Shown piece by piece: positions 9,557 through 17,716 of a stretch of DNA of 64,000 bases. The notes below the pieces were generated by a model, which was given only the letters and a program-made list of their open reading frames with translations, had not been told where the DNA came from and did not search any database. Source of the stretch: Candidatus Fermentibacteraceae bacterium (GTDB taxonomy: Bacteria > Fermentibacterota > Fermentibacteria > Fermentibacterales > JCC-6); contig JBGSZS010000016.1 of NCBI GenBank assembly GCA_041750285.1, positions 1 through 64,000 on the forward strand. Direction: 5' to 3'. The position numbers and the translations under genes were made by a program. The number at the start of each line of letters is the position of its first letter. The stretch's first letter is position 1.

Positions 9557-10362
9557 AGGTACTGAAGCAGGTTTCCGCCCTTTTTCCCCGCGAGCAGTTC
9601 GATGTGGGGCTTCACGGGGCTCGCCTTGATCTTGGGGAACAGCACCTGTTCGACCTGGAAGAAACCGGCGTTCTCGCTCATGGTGATGCGGATCCTTATC
9701 GGACGGATCTCGCCTTTTTCTATGACCACCTTCTCGACCGCCGATGCCGAGTACCTGTGGATGTCGCCGACCTGGGGACCCGGGGAGATCTTCCCAGGTA
9801 TGCGTGACCGGCCGTGCTCCATGTCGCAGCCGTCTCCCACGAGGACAAGACCCGCCTCGAGTGAAGACACCCGCCTGTTGGTCATGTGACCGGCTATCCC
9901 CTCGAGCACCATGGAGGCGATGGCTATCCTCCTTCGTGCCGAGTCGGGAAAGTATCGAAGGAGGATCCTGTCGATATGGGGCTTGGCGAGAAGGAGGGAG
10001 TGCTCTTCGTGGCCGTCCCTCTCCACCGCCATGCCGATGTCGTGCAGCATTGCCGCCAGAAAGACCGCCACCCTGCTGTCGTCCGCAGGCAGACCAGACT
10101 CGGTCTCGAGGTTCAGTCTGACGCCGCTTTCCACCAGCAGATCAAGCATCTTCAGTGAGTTCATGGCGGCTATCCGCATGTGCACGGGTCCGTGATCGTT
10201 CATGTTGAGCCGCATGATCGAAACCACGTTTGCATGGTCCTGCAGGGCCAGTATCTCGTCGTCGTCGAAAACGCTTCCGGCAACGCTTCCCGGAACACCC
10301 GAAAGGTCCCTGAGAATTCGTCTTTCCAGCTCTTCCCTCTTGTGGTTCCTTATCACCGGCAT
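9553..10362 (-). CDS. HD-domain metal-dependent phosphohydrolase
   Basis: NDHGPVH, LHDIG, H..HS, GDGCDM...RSR. Start placed at ATG 10362; GTG 10392 is an alternative. Confidence 0.85.
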   Translation of the reverse strand: MPVIRNHKREELERRILRDLSGVPGSVAGSVFDDDEILALQDHANVVSIMRLNMNDHGPVHMRIAAMNSLKMLDLLVESGVRLNLETESGLPADDSRVAVFLAAMLHDIGMAVERDGHEEHSLLLAKPHIDRILLRYFPDSARRRIAIASMVLEGIAGHMTNRRVSSLEAGLVLVGDGCDMEHGRSRIPGKISPGPQVGDIHRYSASAVEKVVIEKGEIRPIRIRITMSENAGFFQVEQVLFPKIKASPVKPHIELLAGKKGGNLLQYL

Positions 10363-10499
10363 CCTTCCGTTCGGTACGGGTCTAACATGCACCGCTCATG
10401 GGAGCGGCGGCCAGACCGGCCTATTGCCATTTCGCTTCCCATGAGGGATTGTTCCCACTGCGAATCCCGTGTTCCGGGAGTTCTTGAAAGGGAGGAAGG

Positions 10500-11282
10500 A
10501 TGCCCGCCTGGAGACCCGCCGCAGTCTCGAAGGATGAGTTCGTCCGGTGCGCAGGCGCACATGACTACGTGCCGTCGCTCACCGTCAGCCCCCCGGGGGG
10601 CGGCCCCAACCCCAATCTGCTCTGCTTCATAAACTCGGGGGGGCTTCTCGGGAAGGGCGTGTGCTGGTGGCACTCGAGGTTCACACGCAACGCCCTCTAC
10701 CTTGCCTACTTCGTTCCGGAGCGCCACCGGGCCAGCAGGTCGCATGCCCGTGAGATACTGCAGTCACTGATGCGGGCCGACCGGGTGGTGGCGATCCCGG
10801 GTTACGCAAACCTCCGTGAATTCTCGGGCGACCGGAGAAACGAGATCCAGAAGCTTCTGGAATGGCGGCAGATCTTCGAGGGAGTGATTCAGTTCGCCTG
10901 GATCAACGGGCTCGCGGGGTCATCGAAGGTGTCGCCGGAGAAGCTCAAGGCAATCATGGACGGGATCCACAGCGAAACCTCCTCGCAGGGCGCCGCATAC
11001 GTGAAGTTCCAGACGCCCGGGCTGGACGCCCACGCCCTGATCGTCACGGGAACCGACCCCGCCCCCGGCGGCGGGTACACCGTAAGGTACCTCGACAGCA
11101 ATCAGCGTCTCGAGTCCGAGCTTTCATACAGGTACGGCGACAGGCAGCTGAAACTCGAGACGGGCTCTGTGGGAGTGCCTCACCTCCAGCGGTCGGCCGA
11201 ACTTGCCCGGATAAGGGGCATCGTGCAGCGCTTCATCGAGGTCAACGCGAAGAACGGCGCCTGCGCGGAAGCCGGCCGGTAA
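10500..11282 (+). CDS. Hypothetical protein with a putative papain-like Cys-His-Asp triad
   Basis: GGAGG RBS; GVCWWHS ... AHALIV ... YLDSN. Confidence 0.65.
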   Translation: MPAWRPAAVSKDEFVRCAGAHDYVPSLTVSPPGGGPNPNLLCFINSGGLLGKGVCWWHSRFTRNALYLAYFVPERHRASRSHAREILQSLMRADRVVAIPGYANLREFSGDRRNEIQKLLEWRQIFEGVIQFAWINGLAGSSKVSPEKLKAIMDGIHSETSSQGAAYVKFQTPGLDAHALIVTGTDPAPGGGYTVRYLDSNQRLESELSYRYGDRQLKLETGSVGVPHLQRSAELARIRGIVQRFIEVNAKNGACAEAGR

Positions 11283-11321
11283 CCGGCCCGCCTCCTGCGC
11301 CTGCTCAGGCCCCTGTTCCGG

Positions 11322-11798
11322 CTACTCCGGCCGGATGGTCCTGCTGTCTGTGGGATCAAGGGCGACGCCCTCGAGGTCAACGGTGGCAATGATCCTGAAA
11401 TCGGACTTCTCGCTGGAGGCGAACACTGCGGCCTTGCCCAGGGCGCCGAGCAAGCCGTCCTTCTGAGCCAGGGACTGGCTGCTCGAGAGTTTCATGGAGA
11501 AGGGCAGTGAGAACTCCAATTCCCTCACCTCCGCATCCCTGAGTTCGAAGGGATTCTTGTCGAAGAGGACCACTTCGCCAAGTTTGTACTCCTTCACCTT
11601 CTTGTCCTCGCCCCTGCCCGTGGTGTAGGTCTCGTACATGCGCACGGAAACCGACTTCACCTTCTGGGGGCTCTTGGCGGTGATGGTCAGTTTGCCGGTG
11701 ATGTTCCCGCCGTCCTTGTTGAACAGCGGAGGAACGTCCAGTTCAACCTTGGCCGTACCGATACCGAGGCCCTGCTTGATCTTGCCGAAGAACGACAC
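11322..11798 (-). CDS. SpoOM/arrestin-N-like protein
   Basis: The N-terminus FFGKIKQGLGIGTAKVELD and a beta-sandwich pattern are typical of the SpoOM family. Confidence 0.7.
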   Translation of the reverse strand: MSFFGKIKQGLGIGTAKVELDVPPLFNKDGGNITGKLTITAKSPQKVKSVSVRMYETYTTGRGEDKKVKEYKLGEVVLFDKNPFELRDAEVRELEFSLPFSMKLSSSQSLAQKDGLLGALGKAAVFASSEKSDFRIIATVDLEGVALDPTDSRTIRPE

Positions 11799-11994
11799 TT
11801 TTCAGTCCGCCTTTCCCTGATTGTCCGCATGCCTTGATGAACGAGCCTCAAAACATACGAACCCACGGCATGGGAAGGAACAGGGCAACCGGGGGCTGAA
11901 CCCCCGCGCCGGAGTTGCTTATGTTCTTCATCGTCGGGCCTCACCCGGAATAAAGGGTTCCCTGCACTGTAACACCGCAGGAAGGGAGAAATCC

Positions 11995-14184
11995 ATGAAT
12001 CACAAATTCATCGTTCTGATCGGCATTCTTGCCGCGGCAGCCTGCCTCGGGGGAAACGACTCCCCCATAGCCACCAGGGGAACTCCATCGGGCGGCGACC
12101 TGGTATTTCCGGAGGGAGTGGAAATGGCATCGTCCTTCGCCGGGTTCCATGTGCCGGTATCGTCCACGGTCGACCCTGCAATGCCTTCCATGGGGCTGCC
12201 GCTCGACCCGGAAAGGGTCTTCAACCTTGAGCGGCTGCTTCAGAACACCGGCCTCGAGGAGGTCCCGGCGAGCCTCGTCAGAAACGGGTTCGTCGTGTTC
12301 TCACCGTTCTACGCCACGGACAACCCGGTCAGGGCTTTCGAGACCGTCGCCGCCTTCGACCAGCCCGTCTTCGTGTCCGCGGGCATTCCCCTTCACATGC
12401 TTCACATCTTCTTCGACCAGATACTTCAGCAGGTCGAGCAGGATCATCTTTCGCGCGACCTTCATGTCCTGTGCGAATCGCTCTACCAGGCCAACATGAG
12501 CCGTGGGGCAAGCCTTGGCGCCGCCTACTTCGCCGTCCCCCTTGCCCTTCTGGACCCCGGCTTCGCCCCCGACCCATCCATTGCCGACGAGGTCGCCCGG
12601 GAGCTGGAACTTATCGGCGCGCATGCGGGTTTCGAGACAAGCCCTGTCTTCGGCTACCTCGAGGACTATTCGCAGTACGTTCCCAGGGGCCACTACACTG
12701 CAAGCCCCGAGCTCGAGCGCTACTTCGGGGCGATGATGTGGCTGGGGAGGCTCACGCTCCTTCTGAACGGCGGGGAACCACACGGCCCCCGGGAGGATTA
12801 CCTTGTCTCCGAAGAGGCGGCCCTGGCGATGACCGCATGCGCCGTGATGACGGTGAGCGACCTTGAAACGATAATGTCCGGTGATGAGCGCCTTCTGGAC
12901 GTATGGGCCAGGATCTACGAGATCACGGCATTCTTTGCGGGTTTCGCCGACGACCTTTCGGTGCCCGAATACGCCTCGGCTGCGATGCAGCTCGAGGGTC
13001 CCGGAACAACTGTGGACATCGTGTGGGGCACTGGCTTCTACCAGGCCTTCAGGGAACTCGTGAACACATCATTTGCCGGGCCCTCGATCTACAGCGGCAC
13101 AGGCGGACTCGTATCCATGCCCGATGAAAGCGGTGAGTTCGACCCGGGCGACCTTGCCGGGGCTTTCTCCAAGACTACCGGCTTCAGGTTCCTGGGACAG
13201 AGGTACACGCCCGACAGCGAGATACTGGGCAAGCTGGTATTCCCGTCCGTGGGGGCCAACGCTTCCGGAGGGCAGCGTTTCATGCCCACGGGGCTGGATG
13301 TTGCCGCAGCCTTCGGAAGCGGCGTCGCCCGAAGAATCCTTGAACAAAGCGGCGATTTCGGGTATGCGAACTACGCTGATTCGCTGGCGGCAATGACAGC
13401 CATGGTGGAAGCCTACGGGCCCGGGGACTGGCACGCCACGCTCTACATGTCGTGGCTTCACTGCCTCTATCTGCTGCAGAAAGACCGCGGCGAGGGCTAC
13501 CCCGACTTCATGCGCACCGATGCATGGGAGATTCACACCCTCTCGAACTTCCTGGCATCGTGGGCCATGCTCCGTCACGACACCATCCTTTACGCCAAGC
13601 AGAGCTACACCATGGAGGCGGGCTGCGCGCCGGGGTTCGACGAACCACTTCCTTCCGCCGGTTTCGTGGAACCGGTGCCCGAAGTCTACGGGGAACTCAC
13701 GGCAACGCTCGAGATGGCACGAAGGGGGCTCGAGCACTACGGCCTGCTGGACAACACTCTGACAACACGTTTCAACAATGCCGTGAACATCACCGAAAGG
13801 CTGCGGACAATCGCTGAAACACAGCTGAGTGGAGAAGCGATTACCCCGGACGATGCCGACTTCCTGAAGAGCTTCGCCTCCCGGCTCGAAAGCGCCATTG
13901 CCTGGGGAGGAGAAACATCCGAGGGGCTCGAGACCACCCTGATCGCCGATGTACACACCGACCAGAACTCCGGTTCCGTTCTCGAGGTGGCTTCGGGTGA
14001 TCTGGACTTCTGCATAGTCGCCTACATGAGGCCGGACGGTCATGTGGAGGCAGCGATAGGCCCCGTGCTCAGCTACTACGAGTTCACGCACCCCATGGCG
14101 GACAGGCTGACCGATGAAGCGTGGCGGGAGATGCTCCGGGGACCCCAACCCCCCAACCGTCCCGATTGGGGGACACAATACTAA
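11995..14184 (+). CDS. DUF3160 domain exported protein
   Basis: EDYSQYVPRGHY, YFGAMMWLGR, FRFLGQRYTPD, LASWAMLRHDTILYAKQSY, GFVEPVP, IADVHTD, GPVLSYYEF, RLTDEAWR. Start ATG 11995 after GGGAG. Confidence 0.9.
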   Translation: MNHKFIVLIGILAAAACLGGNDSPIATRGTPSGGDLVFPEGVEMASSFAGFHVPVSSTVDPAMPSMGLPLDPERVFNLERLLQNTGLEEVPASLVRNGFVVFSPFYATDNPVRAFETVAAFDQPVFVSAGIPLHMLHIFFDQILQQVEQDHLSRDLHVLCESLYQANMSRGASLGAAYFAVPLALLDPGFAPDPSIADEVARELELIGAHAGFETSPVFGYLEDYSQYVPRGHYTASPELERYFGAMMWLGRLTLLLNGGEPHGPREDYLVSEEAALAMTACAVMTVSDLETIMSGDERLLDVWARIYEITAFFAGFADDLSVPEYASAAMQLEGPGTTVDIVWGTGFYQAFRELVNTSFAGPSIYSGTGGLVSMPDESGEFDPGDLAGAFSKTTGFRFLGQRYTPDSEILGKLVFPSVGANASGGQRFMPTGLDVAAAFGSGVARRILEQSGDFGYANYADSLAAMTAMVEAYGPGDWHATLYMSWLHCLYLLQKDRGEGYPDFMRTDAWEIHTLSNFLASWAMLRHDTILYAKQSYTMEAGCAPGFDEPLPSAGFVEPVPEVYGELTATLEMARRGLEHYGLLDNTLTTRFNNAVNITERLRTIAETQLSGEAITPDDADFLKSFASRLESAIAWGGETSEGLETTLIADVHTDQNSGSVLEVASGDLDFCIVAYMRPDGHVEAAIGPVLSYYEFTHPMADRLTDEAWREMLRGPQPPNRPDWGTQY

Positions 14185-14297
14185 ACTGTTTGATAGATTT
14201 ACCGGGTTTGCTCCCCATAATAGAGTGTGACTTTCATTTTACTCAATGACAGCCACTTACAAGCGGCGCTCTTCGGGGTAGTTGCGGCCGGTTCCCA

Positions 14298-15758
14298 TCA
14301 GCGGCAGAGAACGAACTTCACGGAACTCTGTCCCTGTTCCGTTGCGATCCTTGCCAGATAAACCCCCGAGCCCAGGGAGCCGGGATCCCATACCACGCTG
14401 AGCATGTCCGTGGCGACCAGTCCGTCGAGCAGTGTCGCGACCCTTCTTCCGGCAAGGTCATGAACCGAGACGACGGCGGTTGTGCCGACCGGTACGCTGC
14501 AGGTCAAGGTCACCTGTCCGGAGGAGGGGTTTGGACAGCATGTGACATGGGGACCAGGGTTGTTCCCGGAATGAATGCCCTGCTCAGGTGCTGTTCTGAT
14601 GAGCCAGAGATCCATGCCGCCTTCGCCGTAAGACCTTGTGTAGCCGGCTACAATGAAACCGCCGTCCCATGTCTGGAAAACAGAGTTACCCCCCTCCCAG
14701 CTGGACCCGCCGAACGTGGCGTCCCACAACAATTCTCCCGCTGAATCGGTTCTGATGAGCCACAGGTCCCTGCCGCCGGCCCCGAAGGAATCTGTGTACC
14801 CGGTGACAACGAACCCCCCGTCGACAGCCTGCCGCACGGAGAAGCCCTCATCGCTTCCGGTGCCGCCGTACACCCTGTCCCAGATGATGTTACCGTTGCA
14901 GTCCGTTCTGATCAACCATACGTCTTTGCCTCCAAAGCCGTAGGAGGACGTTGACCCCGTCAGGATGTATCCGCCGTCAGCGGTCTGCCGCACGAAGCGG
15001 GCTTCCTCCATCTGTGAGCCTCCGAAGGTCTTCTGCCACTGCAGTTCGCCGGTCTGCCCTGTTTTGACAATGATGGCGTTTGCGCTCCCGAAGGAGGTGG
15101 TATAGCCGGCAATGATGAACCCACCATCGAGGGTCTCTTGAACGGAGTATCCCATGTCGGTTCCCGTGCCTCCGAAGGTCCTGCTGAAGATCAGATTACC
15201 GTCAGCGTCGGTCTTGACCAGCCACAGGTCTGCCCCGTCATCACCGTAGGATTGCGTGAAGCCCGCCACGACAAAACCGCCGTCGGAGACCTGCTGAACC
15301 GAACGGCCCTCATCCCTCTCATCGCCTCCGAAAACCCTGTTCCAGATCATGTTGCCCAGCGGGTCCGCCCTTATGAGCCACATGTACTTGCTCTCTGACG
15401 GGGAAAGGGCGTACCCGGTAATGATGTAACCTTCATCTTCGGTCTGATGAACCGACATTCCTTCAGAGTCGCTGCTTCCCGGGAAGACCTTCTGCCAGAG
15501 AAGTTCGCCAGAGCCGTCGGTTCTCAGCAGCCAGAGATTGCTCGAACCGCTGCCATATGTACCTGTACTTCCTGCAACGACGTATCCCCCGTCAACGGTC
15601 TCCTGAACGCAATAACCCTGTTCGTCCAGAGCACCGCCGAAGGTTCTTGTCCAGAGAGTGTCCGGTTGAGCCACCGCATTGGAGACCGTAAGCAGGAACA
15701 CAGTGATCAGCACCCCCACGGAAGAGGTTCCGCTCACGGCGTGACTTCCGGCTACCAT
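14298..15758 (-). CDS. Secreted repeat beta-propeller protein with T9SS-type CTD (paralogue A)
   Basis: About seven ~50-aa repeats WxxTFGG..D.G.SV.QT.DGGY...G.T.S.G.G..D.WL..TD..G; CTD PNP...HDLAGR...SGVYLAR. Confidence 0.88.
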   Translation of the reverse strand: MVAGSHAVSGTSSVGVLITVFLLTVSNAVAQPDTLWTRTFGGALDEQGYCVQETVDGGYVVAGSTGTYGSGSSNLWLLRTDGSGELLWQKVFPGSSDSEGMSVHQTEDEGYIITGYALSPSESKYMWLIRADPLGNMIWNRVFGGDERDEGRSVQQVSDGGFVVAGFTQSYGDDGADLWLVKTDADGNLIFSRTFGGTGTDMGYSVQETLDGGFIIAGYTTSFGSANAIIVKTGQTGELQWQKTFGGSQMEEARFVRQTADGGYILTGSTSSYGFGGKDVWLIRTDCNGNIIWDRVYGGTGSDEGFSVRQAVDGGFVVTGYTDSFGAGGRDLWLIRTDSAGELLWDATFGGSSWEGGNSVFQTWDGGFIVAGYTRSYGEGGMDLWLIRTAPEQGIHSGNNPGPHVTCCPNPSSGQVTLTCSVPVGTTAVVSVHDLAGRRVATLLDGLVATDMLSVVWDPGSLGSGVYLARIATEQGQSSVKFVLCR

Positions 15759-15764
15759 GATCAG

Positions 15765-17237
15765 CTACCTTCCATATAGGATCTTGGCGGTCGTATGAGA
15801 TCCGCCGGAAGAAAGTCTTGCGAAACAGATCCCGGAATCAGAACAGCCGGGACTCCATTCCAGGGCTATGGCCCCTGTTTCTGAGATGCCATTGAAAAGT
15901 GTTGCCACCAGCCTGCCTGTGAGATCGTAGATGGACAGCACGGCAAGTGTTCCGGGGGCAACCCTGCAGGAAACCGCCACACGCCCGCGGGCAGGGTTGG
16001 GAGAACAGGAGAGCCATGGCACCTGCGGATCTTCGCCTGATTCGAGCCCGAGTTCCGGGGCCGTTCTTATGAGAAACCCATCCGCGGACCCGGCTCCGAA
16101 GGATCTGGTGGATCCCGCTGCAAAAAATCCTCCGTCGGGCGCCACGAGAACAGCGTGCCCCTCGTCCCAGTCAGCCCCTCCGAAGGTCAGGTCCCATTGG
16201 ATGCTCCCTGTTGCGTCAGTTTTTACCAGCCATACATCCCTGCTCCCGGCGCCGAAGGTGTTTGTGCTTCCACATACGATGTACCCACCCTCGGAGGTTT
16301 GTAGAACGGAATTGCCCTGATCAGCCTTGTCACCGCCGAGAAACCTGTCCCATGATACGCTGCCTGAAGGGTCGGTCTTAATCAGCCACGCCCAGGAGTT
16401 CCCCGGTATGTATGAAAGGGTGTAACCGGCAAGGATGTAACCCCCGTCGGCTGTTGGCCGGACCGACCGCCCGGAGTCCTCGTAGAAACCGCCGAAGGTC
16501 CTGTTCCATTCCATCTGCCCGCCGGCACTTGTCTTGATGAGCCACACATCCTTGTTGCCTGCGCCGGAGGAGGTTGTGTACCCTGTCAGTATCAGCCCTC
16601 CGTCCGGGGCCGGCGCGACGGACAGGCCTGCATCGAGCTCCGGGCCGCCAAAGAAGCCGGACCACTGAATCACGCCCTGACTGTCGGTTTTGAACAGCCA
16701 CACATCCGTTCCGTCAACGCCATAGGAAGAGGTGTACCCGACGATGACGTACCCGCCGTCAGGTCTCTCCAGAACCCCGCGACCCTCATCCCATTGTGAG
16801 CCGCCGTAGGTCTTCTGCCATGTCAGATCGCCTGATGCATCGGTCTTGATAAGCCAGACGTCCCTTCCGCCCGCGCCGTAGGACGAGGTGAAACCGGCGA
16901 TGATGAAACCTCCGTCGGATGTCTGCTGAACTGAGTAGGCGATGTCGCTTCCGGGCCCGCCGAAAGTCCTTTCCCACAGTTGGTTGCCTGACGCATCGGT
17001 CTTTACGAGCCAGACATCCTCCTCTCCCGCACCGGATGACCGGGTGACCCCTGTGAAAACGAGTCCTCCGTCAGATGTCTGAACCAATGAATAGACGCAA
17101 TCGAGGGCCGTTCCTCCGAAACTCCTCGTCCAGAGGGTTTCGGGCTGGGCAGAGGCGATTCGTGGAAGGAGTATGAACGACAATCCCGGAAGAGTGAAAA
17201 AAACACCTGAGAAGAAAAACCACGGTCTTCTCTTCAT
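15765..17237 (-). CDS. Secreted repeat beta-propeller protein with T9SS-type CTD (paralogue B)
   Basis: Same repeat unit and CTD (PNP...YDLTGR). Start ATG 17237 gives a signal peptide. Confidence 0.88.
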   Translation of the reverse strand: MKRRPWFFFSGVFFTLPGLSFILLPRIASAQPETLWTRSFGGTALDCVYSLVQTSDGGLVFTGVTRSSGAGEEDVWLVKTDASGNQLWERTFGGPGSDIAYSVQQTSDGGFIIAGFTSSYGAGGRDVWLIKTDASGDLTWQKTYGGSQWDEGRGVLERPDGGYVIVGYTSSYGVDGTDVWLFKTDSQGVIQWSGFFGGPELDAGLSVAPAPDGGLILTGYTTSSGAGNKDVWLIKTSAGGQMEWNRTFGGFYEDSGRSVRPTADGGYILAGYTLSYIPGNSWAWLIKTDPSGSVSWDRFLGGDKADQGNSVLQTSEGGYIVCGSTNTFGAGSRDVWLVKTDATGSIQWDLTFGGADWDEGHAVLVAPDGGFFAAGSTRSFGAGSADGFLIRTAPELGLESGEDPQVPWLSCSPNPARGRVAVSCRVAPGTLAVLSIYDLTGRLVATLFNGISETGAIALEWSPGCSDSGICFARLSSGGSHTTAKILYGR

Positions 17238-17428
17238 CTCAACCTGCCAATCGCGCCTAAGGTGAAAGGTACTATCCAGTCTCACACCAAATGCGCATCA
17301 TCATCTGCATCTATACATAAGATGCCATCATCCGTCGGGTCAAGCCGGGAATCCCCGGGATTCATTGGATTATGACAAGTCTCGTCGTGCCGGCTCCGGG
17401 GAGGTTCGAGCCTGGTGTTTCAATCAAG

Positions 17429-17570
17429 TCAAAGAACCGCTTTGAGTTGTCTGAAAGCTTCCCCATCTTCTTGTATTAATTGTTTCCATCTTCTGGCTGG
17501 CAGACACATATTTTCCGGTGTCCTGCCCGTGTCCAAACCACCATATTTCCGTAACACCAGCGCGCAGCAT
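17429..17570 (-). pseudogene. Possible remnant of a C-terminal HTH, e.g. of a REP-associated/Y1 transposase
   Basis: AT-richer stretch translating to LVLRKYGGLD...ARRWKQLIQEDGEAFRQLKAVL*. Resemblance recalled from memory only. Confidence 0.3.
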
Positions 17571-17608
17571 CCCGTCCTTGTGACAGTGGCGGTGTTCCGG
17601 GATGAATC

Positions 17609-17636
17609 TTGACAATCCATCTTTTAACACTATTTT
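17609..17636 (+). promoter_or_regulatory. Sigma70-type promoter for the DUF5916 gene
   Basis: TTGACA-N16-TATTTT. Confidence 0.5.
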
Positions 17637-17716
17637 GCTCAATGACCAACCGGTCCCGGATGGAAACAGTTACTGCAAGGGTGTCGAGATCACGTCATGC
17701 GACAAGGGGGTGCCCG

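Noticed and set aside
14298..17237. Periodic repeats as a CRISPR array
   Set aside because: They are in-frame, degenerate ~150-bp protein repeats with no constant repeat/spacer structure and no cas genes.
17395..17420. GGTTCGAGCC as a tRNA T-loop
   Set aside because: The flanks do not form a T-stem or a cloverleaf.
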